Source: Octopus bimaculoides (taxonomy: Eukaryota). Taken from it: DNA of 61,272 bases. Below the pieces are notes generated by a model, which saw nothing but the letters and a program-made list of their open reading frames with translations, was not told the DNA's origin and did no database searches. Position numbers and translations under genes: made by a program. Of the stretch, positions 37,951-50,978 are shown piece by piece (the first letter of the stretch is position 1; each line of letters opens with the position of its first letter). The stretch spans positions 12,871,036 to 12,932,307 of the forward strand of contig NC_068997.1 of assembly GCF_001194135.2 (NCBI RefSeq), in the 5' to 3' direction.

Positions 37951-38464
37951 AAAAACTGCAGGTTATTTTTTTCCTGTTACACTTCTGTGTCTACAGCACT
38001 TCTACCATTACAAGAAGGAGAATAAGAACAAGAAGGATTCCTGACACAATCGCCAATTCCAATGTAGCGCACAGAGTTAGTGATCTGTAAAATTTCATTA
38101 GTCGTTTAGCACAGATGCACAAGACAGCTTATCAAAAATATATGCGCAGTTATTGTTGCAGTTGTTTCATTTTTAACTTTATTTCTATCTGCGTGTGTGC
38201 ATGTGTATATGTGTGTGTTTTCTACGTGTGAGTGTATGTATGAGTGTATGTTTTTTTTGTGTGTCGTTTTACTTAATTATTACTATTTAATTTCTTTTTT
38301 ATTATTTGCATGTCATTTTGTAAAAAATTTTCATTTATTTTTATTTTCAGCACATTTTTCCTATTTCTATTTGAATGCGTGCTTCCTTCATACACGCACA
38401 CACATATATACAGACACACACGTATATATATATACATATATATAAGCGTACACAGATATGCATG

Positions 38465-38502
<38 letters not shown>

Positions 38503-38598
38503 TATATGCGTGCGTGTTTGTATTATGTGTATATGTTTGTATGTGTGTGTGTGTGTACATATACTCTATCTCTAATCCTTGCTACCAATATTCTTTTA

Positions 38599-38643
<45 letters not shown>

Positions 38644-39099
38644 TTCTGTCTTCCCTTATTCTTTATTCCATTGTTACCAATTCTTTCGTTCTTGAAATAC
38701 TTTCATTTCTTTTTCGTTTCTTTCCTTTCTTAATTTTTTTCATAGTTTCTTTCCTCTCCTTTTTAATCCATTTTTTTTGCTATCTTTTCGTTTTACTCTT
38801 TTTTCTTATTCATTTTTCTCTTCTACTTTCCCTTCGTTTCACCTTCAAATGATTTTCCTTCTCACTCGCTTTCTACTTCTTTTCTCCTTTCTCTCTTTCT
38901 TTCTTTCGTTCTTTTTTTTTCTTTCTTTGGAAGTGGACGACGGCTGAGTGTGGAATGGTAGGAAGAAATTGTGGATGATATAATCTTTAAAGAGGACAGT
39001 TCTTTATCTAGAAAGAGAACGAGAAAGATAGAGAAAGAATAAAAAAGGGGGAAAGACATAGAAAGTGGGGAGTGGGAAGAGAGAGGAGAGGATGTTAGA

Positions 39100-40500
39100 G
39101 GAAGAAGTTTAATGAAGATAGCATCTGGCACTGGTGAAGATTACTGAGTAATGTAAGGACGTTGCCAAACTAGCGGCTTGATAATCTGAAGCGATCAGAA
39201 TTTCTTTTACCATTGGCAGATATGTAAGTATAGCGATGATCCTAGACGAATGGAGACACTTTTGGAGGATATTCGCGTAATCTGTGCAAAATTCGATGCA
39301 AAGGAAAACGCGGAAGGTGAGGCTTTCTCTGCGGTTGTATTGAACAATCGTGATGTGGAAATTGAACAAAGAGCATTCCACGAAGTTTGCAGTGATATTT
39401 TTTCTATCTCCGCGATTGCGGTTTGTCGAATACAGATAGGTATCCCTTATGGTACAGCTGATGATCTTCTGAGAATTCCCATCTAAGTAAGAAACATCTA
39501 CTACATGGCGTAAGTCATCTTAGGCCGCCAGTGTTTTTTTTCTTTTATTGTCTGAACTGATGCAATGAATGTACGAGTGAACCATTTCTGACATTTGCGC
39601 TTGAGAAATTTAGCTGTGGTTTAGCTACGGATGATGCAAAGCACTGTGTAGTGCTTCTCCTCTTCTGTATCCCAGGTACGATGAGGTGTGTTACGAAGAG
39701 CAACGATCAGATGACTGTATAAGTACAAAGAGTGACGTATAGGTAGTAGATGGACTTGGAAGTGAAAACATGATCAAGGACGAAAGAAGTTCCATGGGAA
39801 TGAAATTGGCTGACAGAGTAGATGATTGCAAAATATTTTTCTCCTACAGCGGCAGCGCCAAAATGGTAGAGCTGTGAAAATCACGAAGACTTATGATCGT
39901 CGAAATCCTCAAGGACAGCGAACTTAGAGTGAAATGATGTTAAGTGCCTTCGTGAAGGGAGATATATGGTCTATGAGTTGTAAGTCGTTAGAAAAATTAG
40001 CGCGGTGAAGAAAGAAAATTCATTTAGCAGAGTAGGACTAACTTTGAGCAGGAGAAGATATAGGGTGGCACGCGAAAAGTAACCCAGGTTCCATGGAATA
40101 GTGTAAATACAGAAATAAATTTGCACATATGTCAAAGCACCCAGCCGTTCGTTTCCAAGTCCCATTGTGTTCTTTCAGCCGTAGCCTAGTATAAATTTAT
40201 TTCTGTATTTATATTATGCAGCCGAACCTAGGCTACATTTTTGTGCGTCACTCTGTATAATTCGTTGTTGTAGATATCAACGCGGACAGGAGAGTAGCGG
40301 AGCTAAATCTACATATTCTTAGACCGATCTTTGGGGATAGGTGTTTCGGTAGCATAGATGGGCCATCGATAAAGTTGAGAGGTTTGCCTGTTAGAACGAA
40401 ATAATGGGTGTAGGTAGGTAATGAACCTGATATGAACTGGGGTTTGGTGAATTTAGATTAGTTGAAAGCGTTTAATGGGGTCGACCAACCGTATTTGTCG
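39100..40500 (-). pseudogene. Decayed Penelope-like retroelement (RT/thumb to pre-GIY-YIG region)
   Basis: Collinear motifs on the minus strand: NLNSPNPS..HYLP..PIIS (~40450-40390), KALNII (~39945), SYLD (~39495), TIVQYNRRESLT, RIIAILTYLP..KEIL (~39240; compare RIPLVLTYHP). Many stops and frameshifts. Confidence 0.45.
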
Positions 40501-40689
40501 ATTGTTCTGAAAGCGGTTTGTCTTTAGAAGCTGGATCGCTGCAATGTACAGCGACATTTATCGGTGGTCGGAATGAATGGTCGCATATCGTAACCGTTTA
40601 GTATCATGCATCCAGTCCCTAAAGCAAACCTTCTCTTTCCATTTTTGTACGTAGAAACTCGAGGTGTCGAGGCGCATCGCGAGAACTAG

Positions 40690-40870
40690 GAGGTGGAAGA
40701 TCCGTGTTTGTATATCGGCGTTTGGGCCGTCTTTACGTTCAGAGTTCAATTTCTGCCCGGGTCGAGTTTTGCGGTCGATCAAATGAGTGCCATTCAAACA
40801 TCAGGTTCGATGTAATCGATCAGCTCCCTTCCTCAACATAGGCCTTCGGATTATAGCAGAAGCGATTTTT
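40690..40870 (+). mobile_element. SINE family A, degenerate
   Basis: ccgtctttacgttcagagttcaatttctgcccgggtcga...ggtcgatcaaatgagtgcc...ttcgatgtaatcgatcagctccc. Confidence 0.7.
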
Positions 40871-40880
40871 AATTTTGGTT

Positions 40881-40911
<31 letters not shown>

Positions 40912-41299
40912 ATATCGCTGTTGAAATCAAGTTTCAATATCTATCGTAACCCAGAATAAAACCGGATTTTCAATTGATTGGAATTGGTTAAAGGACCATG
41001 TGAAAAGTGAAACGAGAATTAATTTTTTTTTTTTTTTGCTAAAGAAAATGCCCTTTAATAACAATTACAACAACAAATCACCTCTAAATAAACTGACTAC
41101 ACAAGAAAAAAAGAAAAAATATAAAATATGTAAATAAATATCAATATCAATATCAACACACACAAACACGTATCAATATATATCAACAGGTATGAATTTA
41201 TATATATATATATATATAAATGTGTGTGTGTATATATAGATAGACTCACACACATACACACACACACATATATATCAATATATATATAATATATATATG

Positions 41300-41333
<34 letters not shown>

Positions 41334-41859
41334 TACACACACGCACACACACACACACACATACACACACACACACATATATATATATCTATATACAAAA
41401 GATGTAAAAGAAAATATGTGATAGAGCAAAAAAGATAAAAAGAACACCGAAAAAAATAGGCAGAAAGATAGAATGAAAAACGGAAAAAAAAAGAAGGAAA
41501 GAAGGACTGAAGGAATGAAAGAAAGAACAATAAATGATATATTGGTTTCTTTCCAAGAGATTAGAAGTCCGATTTCTAGGTAATAAGTCTTCGCAAAGTA
41601 TTTTCTTTGGATGTCATTTGTTGGAAGCAGGTTTTCGCGTTTGGGGAATTTTCGATGTTTGGTCTTTGGAATTATATTCCAATCTGTTCTTATCAGAAAA
41701 TGAAGAATTCTGATATCTGTGTTTTTTTTTTCTTGTTTTATGCTATGTAGTTTGCCTTCTTTTATTTTTACGTTTTTGTTTGTTAGGTTTGGTTTTTGGA
41801 GGGTTGGGTGTGGTGAGTGTAGCTTGTAGTTAATTCTTTTGTCTTCTGACACTACAACC

Positions 41860-42500
41860 ACCACCACCATAACAACTCTCCTCCCACTCTTCTGCCAGCA
41901 GCCCCCATCCCCCGCCCCTTGCCCTCGCCCCACCCAATTGCCACTCTACGGCATCTATCACCATCAGCATCATATCTAACAGCACCACTACCACTGCCAT
42001 CAAAAGTTTTAACACCACTGAAAATATCGCAACAGCCACCACCAGGATTAAAACCATCATCATCATCATCATCATCCTCATCCGCACCAGCTCCAGCACA
42101 AAAACCACCACCAACGCCATCCTCATCATCCTCATCATCCTCATCATCCTCATCATCCTCATCATCATGATCATCATGATCATCATTACCACTACCATCA
42201 CCATCATCATCATCATCAGCATCATCATCAGCAGCATCATCATCAACAGCATCATCATCACCAGCATCATCAATCACTGTAACCAGGCTCTCACCTTCAA
42301 GATTATTCCTTTCAGTTTGGTCTTACATCATACTACTTCACTTCCAACTGCCTCACCTCTTCCTCTTCCTCCTCCTCCTCCTCCTCCTCCTCCTCCTCTT
42401 CTCGACCGTATCCGCTCATCCTACAACTTCTCATCAACAACACTTTCACTGTCCTCCCCTTCCTCCTCTCCTCCGCCTCCCTCACCTCTTCATCCTTCAT
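41860..42500. repeat. Mosaic (ACC)/(ATC)/(CATCCTCAT)/(CCT) low-complexity tract
   Basis: Direct reading. Confidence 0.9.
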
Positions 42501-42791
42501 CTGTTGTTTCTTTTTGTTTTTTTTTTGTTTTTTTTTTTACATGTCTCCGTCCTCTTTCCACTTCTTGCGTCATGTTCTTCCTATTTTCGCCTCGTTAGGT
42601 CATTCCAGAACCGTAAGCAGCGAAACGCTCTTGGGAAATGCATGATTATCCTAACTTCACATTATACACAACACCTTTTTAAAACCACATATATCAACAG
42701 TAATTTTCCCTTCATTGCGCAAGACACTGGTATATATAATTTCCCCAAACCTATTTCATTCGTGTTGTTACTGTTATTACGATTCTTATTT

Positions 42792-42823
<32 letters not shown>

Positions 42824-42829
42824 GTTATG

Positions 42830-43046
42830 TTATGCAACAGGTAGAATCGTTAAATCATTGTACAAGATGCTTTGTAGAATTTTGTTACTTTACTGTGCCT
42901 CCTGAGTTCAAATTCCACCAAAGTCGACTTTGCCTTTCATCCTTTCGGGGTTGATAAATTAAGTACCAGTTGCGTACTGGAGTCGGTCTGATCGACTGCC
43001 CCCCCTCCACACAAAAATTTCAGGCGTTGCGCATATAGTAGAAAGA

Positions 43047-43097
<51 letters not shown>
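42830..43097 (+). mobile_element. SINE family A (tail-2 type) with (ATT)n tail
   Basis: gagttcaaattccaccaaagtcgactttgcctttcatcctttcggggttgataaattaagtaccagttgcgtactgg...tagtagaaagaattattatt. Confidence 0.85.
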
Positions 43098-43882
43098 TAT
43101 TGTCTTTGCGCAGCTTCTAACGCTGGAGATGTACTACGGTGCCAGTTATTCACTACCAGTGTACTAAGGTAACACCCCTTATTTCTCGAGCATCTTCCGG
43201 NNNNNNNNNNNNNNNNNNNNNNNNNNNNNNNNNNNNNNNNNNNNNNNNNNNNNNNNNNNNNNNNNNNNNNNNNNNNNNNNNNNNNNNNNNNNNNNNNNNN
43301 NNNNNNNNNNNNNNNNNNNNNNNNNNNNNNNNNNNNNNNNNNNNNNNNNNNNNNNNNNNNNNNNNNNNNNNNNNNNNNNNNNNNNNNNNNNNNNNNNNNN
43401 NNNNNNNNNNNNNNNNNNNNNNNNNNNNNNNNNNNNNNNNNNNNNNNNNNNNNNNNNNNNNNNNNNNNNNNNNNNNNNNNNNNNNNNNNNNNNNNNNNNN
43501 NNNNNNNNNNNNNNNNNNNNNNNNNNNNNNNNNNNNNNNNNNNNNNNNNNNNNNNNNNNNNNNNNNNNNNNNNNNNNNNNNNNNNNNNNNNNNNNNNNNN
43601 NNNNNNNNNNNNNNNNNNNNNNNNNNNNNNNNNNNNNNNNNNNNNNNNNNNNNNNNNNNNNNNNNNNNNNNNNNNNNNNNNNNNNNNNNNNNNNNNNNNN
43701 NNNNNNNNNNNNNNNNNNNNNNNNNNNNNNNNNNNNNNNNNNNNNNNNNNNNNNNNNNNNNNNNNNNNNNNNNNNNNNNNNNNNNNNNNNNNNNNNNNNN
43801 NNNNNNNNNNNNNNNNNNNNNNNNNNNNNNNNNNNNNNNNNNNNNNNNNNNNNNNNNNNNNNNNNNNNNNNNNNNNNNNNNN

Positions 43883-43967
<85 letters not shown>

Positions 43968-44189
43968 GGGCGAAATAGTTCGTAGTTATACCAAGAATAT
44001 TTCTTTTCTGATGTACAATTTGCAGAAGGCTCTCTGCGACTTGCTTCGCACAAAGACAAGATTTTCTTTATAAATACGAATATATATGACTATAATTATT
44101 ACATACATACGCATAAACATATAAAGTATAAAACACACAAATATCTAAAGATATACCATAGGATGAATATTAACAAGTGTCATGAACAT

Positions 44190-44520
<331 letters not shown>

Positions 44521-45152
44521 CACTAAAGTTTGTATGCATACACATATGAAACATGCATACTTACAAACACGCATAAACTTATATAAATAAATAAACATTT
44601 ATGCATGAATATATACTTAAATTGTTGCAATAAATGTAAGCCTAATGTAAAAATAAAATAAACAGTGGAATAAATTTAATAAAATATACAGACCACGAAA
44701 AATAATCGTTTTTAATAAGATGTTATGAGCGGTGTGGGGCGGGGTTGGATTCCTTATTTCAAATGGAGATGTTTAAGAAATAGAAATATGTTACCCTAGG
44801 GACTGGTGTATATTGGAGAGAGAAGAATTGATGAGTTGAAAGTGTTGTTGAAGGGGAAAACATGGGGCGAGGAACAGTGTAATAATAACATGGAAAAGAG
44901 AGAGAGAGAGAGAGGCAACAGAAGAAAGCGGGGGAGCGGGAAAGAGAGGGAGGAAGTGGAGGTAACAGCGTGAAACGTTGTTGGCTTTTAATTTGATGAA
45001 AGATGAAAAAATTATAGAAGGGTAGTTTGAGAGTTATGAACTGTGAGTTTGAAACTAATGGTAATGGAGCGATAATGTGACAGAGAAAAGGAGAGAAAAG
45101 AAAGGAGACTAGGGGATTTGAGAGGAGAAAATTAGAGAGAAAGAGGTAGCGC

Positions 45153-45195
<43 letters not shown>

Positions 45196-45610
45196 GGTTG
45201 GATGGTTGGATAGATTGAGGAAGATGACTATAGAAAAGGAATGTGTGGTGGGGAACTATGATGATAAGAAATTGATGGTAAAAGAATAATTGACGCTAGA
45301 AATTAAACGACAGACAAAAATGAGAACACATTGATGATAATTACGATAACCACCACAATCACCATCACTACAACCCCTCCGCCACTCATACCACTACCAG
45401 CATACCACCACCAGCATACCACCACCACCACCACCACCACCACCACCACCAACAGCATCATCACCACCATGGGCACCACTGCCAACGTCACGCAAAACTT
45501 ACCACCATCCAACACAAACGTCGCCGGCATTACCAGCAATAGCGGTACCTTCACTACTACCATTCTATCGCCCCAATCCACCATNNNNNNNNNNNNNNNN
45601 NNNNNNNNNN

Positions 45611-45658
<48 letters not shown>

Positions 45659-45949
45659 GGACATTAATTTTAACAGATCAACAAGAGTAACGACAGGATC
45701 AGTGGGATTGTTATTAGGGCTTTAGTCAAAGCCATAAGTTTCCTTACTTGACTGATACTTCATTTTATCGACCACGAAAAGAGCAATGGCAGAATTGATG
45801 TCTGCGGTATTTTAGCAACGACGGAAAAATCCAGGAACAATTACTGCAAGCTTCTTTGCCTGCCGTTCAAATGAAAAACAAAAACAACAACAATAATAAC
45901 AACCACAGCAACAACAAGAAGAGCAACAACGACGGTAAAATAATAATCA

Positions 45950-46125
45950 TCTTTGTACTGTATGCACAGAGCCCGAAATATTGGTGGTGGCTAACCGATT
46001 ACATCGATCTCAACGCACAAATGTTACTCATTTAATCGATCCCGAACAGATGAACAGCAAAGTAAGTCTCTGAACGTAAAAGCGGACGAAATGCCGCCAT
46101 ACATTTTGTCCGGTGCTGTAATTAT
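45950..46125 (-). mobile_element. SINE family A, degenerate
   Basis: gcacagagcccgaaat...accgattacatcgatc...ttaatcgatcccgaa...tgaacgtaaaagcggacgaaatgccgcc. Confidence 0.7.
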
Positions 46126-46134
46126 AGTACTACG

Positions 46135-46786
46135 TTAATTATGGCTGCTCAGAAACAAAAAAATTAGGTCGGTAAAGAGAAGGATTTATAAGGGCGAAGA
46201 TTGATAAAATTCAGTTTGAAAGCAGATGCAGAATCGGTGAAAAATGAGACGAATGTATTAACTGCTTCATACATGAAAGCAATAAGCTAGCACTAAAAGA
46301 GTATAAACGTGACTATGTCGGCAAAAGAACGCATAGGAATGTTTGTCAAGTGTGTAGCAGAGATCTTTCAAGAAAAACTGGAGATACAATTGAAACAAGA
46401 AGATCAGATTTGATTGTAGAGGACAAAAAAAAAATCGTGTAAGATAATATAATTTGCAATACTACATGCTAATTGGGTAAATACCAAAGAAATTGAGAAA
46501 ACTGATAAATATTAGAGCCTATTCAAGCAGATGAAGTTATTTTGAAAAACTATGTTAGCAATTGTTTCTGTGGTGACCGTTGTACTAGGTTTAATACGCA
46601 ATCTGCTCCCTAAAAGGCGGAAAGATATTGTAACTATGATTCGCATTGTCGATTTGCAGAAAACTGCAGTCCTCCTATGTATTGCCAGAATCTTAAGAAA
46701 GACTTTTGAGATTTGTGGAGGTTTGTTGTCACCAAACGTGTAAGACAACATCGATGATAATTAATTAATGTTGCGTGCAATAGTTT
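46135..46786 (+). pseudogene. 3' fragment of an R4/Dong-clade non-LTR retrotransposon (CCHC-like finger + restriction-like endonuclease)
   Basis: Translation with frameshifts: MAAQ...RAKIDK..SRCRIGEK*DE.IN....NKLALKEYKRDYVGK; RRSDLIVEDKKK.CKII*FAI...VNTKEIEKTDKY (RPD...D...KE.EK..KY); IVDLQKTAVLLCIARILRKTFEI. Followed by a short 3' UTR and a microsatellite. Confidence 0.85.
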
Positions 46787-46857
<71 letters not shown>

Positions 46858-46892
46858 ATAATAATAATAATAAGAAGAAGAAGAAGAAGAAG
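46787..46892 (+). repeat. (ACT)n(AAT)n(AAG)n array at the 3' end of the Dong-like element
   Basis: Direct reading. Confidence 0.95.
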
Positions 46893-46924
46893 AATCACCT
46901 ACGACATTATCTTACCCCCACCAT

Positions 46925-47060
46925 CTCGAGGCCTCGAATTGGCAATGTGGATAAAGTGATGGAAATATCAGGAAACGTGTATGGTGGTGAGTTCAAATTC
47001 CGCCGAGGTCGACTGTGCCTTTTAGTCTTTCGAGACCGATAAAATAAGAACCTGATGAAC
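46925..47060 (+). mobile_element. SINE family A, partial
   Basis: gagttcaaattccgccgaggtcgactgtgcctttt...ccgataaaataag. Confidence 0.7.
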
Positions 47061-47169
47061 ATTTCTTCGAAATTGTTGACCCTGTGCCACAGTTTAAAAA
47101 TCAATAACAAAATACATTGTTTTGTAATGTGGAATTTTATAGTTTACATTACATCTTGATATCGTTGTC

Positions 47170-47397
47170 CTCTTCCTCCTCCTCCTCCTCCTCCTCATCA
47201 TCATCATCACCCTGACCACCACTACCATAACCATCATCGTTGTCGTCGTCATCATCATCATCATCATCATCAAATACGTCGGAATAATTATGAGCATTAT
47301 TAATCCTTATCCTCGTCGCATCCAACCACCGCCAGCACCGCTCCTACAACCATCTCCATCGTTATCATCGTCGTCGTTTTCACCAGTATCATCACCG

Positions 47398-47430
<33 letters not shown>

Positions 47431-47562
47431 ACATCATCATCATCATTGTCATCATCACCATCATCATCATCATCATCACCGTCATCACCGTCATCATCAT
47501 CATCATCATCAACATCATCATCATCAACGTCATCATCATCATCATCATCATCATCATCAACG

Positions 47563-47595
<33 letters not shown>

Positions 47596-47800
47596 CCACC
47601 GTCATCATCATCATCATCATCGTCATCATCATCATCATCATCATCAACATCATCATCATCATCATCATCACCACCGTCATCATCATCACCACCGTCATCA
47701 TCATCATCATCATCATCATCACCGTCATCATCATCATCATCAGCATCATCACCATCATCATCAACAACAACCGAACAACTACAAGAAGAACAGGAACAGC
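47170..47800. repeat. Long (CAT)n array with in-phase CAC/CGT/CAA variants
   Basis: Direct reading. Confidence 0.95.
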
Positions 47801-48129
47801 ATTAGCGGCAATAGCAGCAGCAGCGGTGTTATAACACAGAATATTCTGATCTTTATCATCATTGTTATTCAAGTTGTAAAAATATATCATTTATGTTCCC
47901 AAGTTTAAAAGGTACAATAAATTTCAGGGAATCATGAATAATTGAATTTGTTCGTTAAGCTTTGATTGTCTTGGGAATAATTCTAATTCCTGATAGAGTC
48001 TTTGTGTTTTTAGCCTTTTGAAATGTGTTTTCTGTTTTATTTTATTTTATTTTATTTTATTTTGGCTTGCACTTTTGTCTTCTACGTTTTTGTTGTATGG
48101 CTATGTATAAAACTGTGTACTCATTCAGA

Positions 48130-48418
48130 GGCAATATTTACCTTTATATATATATGTGTGTTAGTGTATGTATCTGTGAGCGCGGTCGTGTGTGTAATAC
48201 ACACTCATGCACATACACACACACATATATATACATACACATACACGCGTATATGCGGACACGCACATATATATGTGTATGTATAAATACGTACGTATTT
48301 TTCATACATACATATATANNNNNNNNNNTATATATGTACATGTATATATATATGTATGCATATGTGTATATTTATGTACTTATATACATACGTATATATC
48401 TGTATGTATGTATATATA

Positions 48419-48458
<40 letters not shown>

Positions 48459-48509
48459 GCAGCAACACATACACACACACACANNNNNNNNNNACACACA
48501 CACACACAC

Positions 48510-48542
<33 letters not shown>

Positions 48543-48761
48543 TATACACATACATGCGTATACGTGTATATGTATAAGAATGAATGTAAGTATTTATCTC
48601 ATACATGTATACATAGATGCATGCAGTCATACTTATACATATAAACACATGTATAAATGTACGTGTATGCATATGTATATATGTATATATAGATAGGTAT
48701 AACCGTTCATGCATACATAAATGCACACACATAAACACTGGCATACACACATATACACACG

Positions 48762-48825
<64 letters not shown>

Positions 48826-48830
48826 TATAT
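48130..48830. repeat. Mosaic (TA)/(CA)/(TG) tract with 10-N placeholders
   Basis: Direct reading. Confidence 0.9.
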
Positions 48831-49306
48831 GTGATAAATCTGTTTGCGGTGGTTATCTTTTCAATATCTCTTTGTCTACTCTATGAGTGTAATCGAGATT
48901 CGAAATATCGAGATTACATAGTATTGTATTGATATGAGTGCCGCGTGTGATACTCTTACAGTATATTCTGTAACAGTTTGAAAAGCAATGTTTTAATTTA
49001 GAAGTAAAACTTCAATTTTTTATTTTGAAATTTTGTACGCCATACACTCTATATATGTCATGACAGACAACAAACATTTTAGAATTATTTAGTTCAGAGA
49101 ATTCAACGCTATATTCTATACAATCTATCATATTTTCAATGCTGCATTTAAATTGGAATAAACGGAAATGTCCCGATTATTGCGGGTTAAAATAATGCTA
49201 TTTTCGATATTATTCAGTTTATAGTTCAGATTCTGCGCATTATTATTCGATTGACTGTGATATAAAATATAAACGTGAGAAATATAAATTACTGTCACTC
49301 ACTTAC

Positions 49307-49354
49307 CCTTTCAAAATCCCTTCTCTTCTTGTAGACGCTGCCAAATATTGTGAC
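49307..49354 (-). CDS. Candidate 48-nt internal exon (VTIFGSVYKKRRDFER in phase 0, or xSQYLAASTRREGILKG in phase 2)
   Basis: Acceptor aaatatatttctatcag, donor AGG|gtaagtgag; length is a multiple of 3; the segment is purine-rich and higher in GC than its AT-rich flanks. Confidence 0.35.
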
Positions 49355-49614
49355 CTGATAGAAATATATTTCTTAAGTTGTTTGTAACGTCAGTAGGCGT
49401 ATGTATACTGCATATACGGGATTTGGTGTGAATGTATATACCGTGTTATTCGATTATTTTGATGTAGCAGTCTAGAGTATACTATATTTCCAAACCCTCA
49501 AATTATTGGTATGAATTCTAAATAAATTACTACTGCTTGTACAATTGTACAATTGATGAGAAACACAGAAGTTACTAGGATTTCCCCAACAATTATCAAA
49601 AGCAGAGCAAATAA

Positions 49615-49805
49615 GTCGGTAAGCTGTTAGAAGCGTTAACACGCCAGGAAAAATATTTAGCGGCATTTTGTTCGCCTACGTTCTGCGTTCAAATCCCGCC
49701 GAGGTCGTCTTTGCCTTTAATCTTTTAGTGCTGGACTCGATGTAAACGACTAGCCCCACTCTCCCAAAATTGCTGGCCTTGTACCAAAATTTGAAATAAA
49801 TAATT
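49615..49805 (+). mobile_element. SINE family A (tail-2 type)
   Basis: cggtaagctgttagaagcgttaacacgcc...gttcaaatcccgccgaggtcg...gctggccttgtaccaaaatttgaaa. Confidence 0.85.
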
Positions 49806-50099
49806 AGAGTTCATGAGGTTTGGGCTAAGAAAAGCCAAAGCAACATTATCAGTATACAACGGTACATAACGTTGTTCAGACTGCATGATTTTTATTAACA
49901 AAAGGAAGAAAGCGTTGCTTCGTCAGCCATATTTCCATGGAACAGGAAACAGGAGAATTACAATTAATGAACTTGGAATATTTCTGTTAGCGATTTTAGC
50001 GTCTTTTGGCACGTGAGATAGAAAACTTAGGGCATAAATTTAAGTCAAGCAACCATAAAAACGAAGTCTAAGCTTAAACTAATCCAAAGAAAACTGGAA

Positions 50100-50320
50100 T
50101 TACTTTTCTATTCTAGGCACAAGGCCTGAAATTTTAGGGGAGGGGCCCCTAAAATTAGATCGACCCCAGTACGCAACTGGTACTTAATTTATCGACCCGG
50201 AAAGGATGAAAGGCAAAGTCGACCTCGGCGGAATTTGAATTCAGAACGTACAGACAGACGAAATATCGCTAAGCATTTCGCCCGGTGTGCTAATGTTTCT
50301 GCCAGCTCACCGCCTTAGAA
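50100..50320 (-). mobile_element. SINE family A (tail-2 type), near full length
   Basis: ttctaggcacaaggcc...gatcgaccccagtacgcaactggtacttaatttatcgacc...gctaatgtttctgccagctcaccgcc. Confidence 0.9.
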
Positions 50321-50514
50321 AACTGAACATAGGAAACGAAATTGAAATGCAAAGAAGAAGTGTTAATAACGGTACAGTATCTAGATGTATCACGGAAAGT
50401 TTAAATAATTTTGAAGATGTTAGTATTTATGACGATGGATAAATTATGAACGTCGACGAAACGGAATAACTTTGCAAAAGGAATGTCTAAATATTTGTTA
50501 TTCGATGAAGAAAT

Positions 50515-50978
50515 ACTGGTTTCAAATTTTGTCTGAAGGCCAGCAATTTTGAGGCAGGGGATAAATCGATTACATCGACCCAAGTGATCAAGTGGTACAT
50601 ATTTTATCGGCCCCGAAAGGATGGAAGGCAAAGTCGACCCCGGTGGTTTCGAAAGAGAACGTTAAGACGGACGGAATACTGTTAAGCGTTTCGCCCGGCG
50701 TGCTAATGATTCTGCCAGCTCGCCGCTCTATGTAGAAAGAAATATTGATTTCAAATTTTGGCACAAGGCCAGCAATTTCTGGGGATGGAATAAGTCGATT
50801 ACATCAAACCCGGGAAACAGCTGGTACTTATTTTATCGACCCCGAAAGAATGAAAGACAAAGTCAATCCCGGTGGTATTCGAGATCAGAACGTAAAGACG
50901 GACGAAATGGCGCTAAGCGTTTAGTACGACGTTCTAATGATTCTTCCAGCTCACCGTTCTGTGTAGAAAGAAATATTG
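50515..50978 (-). mobile_element. Two tandem SINE family A copies sharing a 17-bp flank
   Basis: Copies at about 50515-50730 and 50748-50961; tgtagaaagaaatattg occurs at 50731-50747 and 50962-50978. Confidence 0.85.

Noticed and set aside
39250-39486. Protein-like ORF METLLEDIRVICAKFDAKENAEGE...
   Set aside because: Better explained as the antisense of the Penelope-like remnant; no supporting splice sites.
41097-41933. 278-aa minus-strand ORF
   Set aside because: It is a concatenation of GGT, A-rich, T-rich and (TG)/(TA) repeats; the unique middle part has no usable splice signals.
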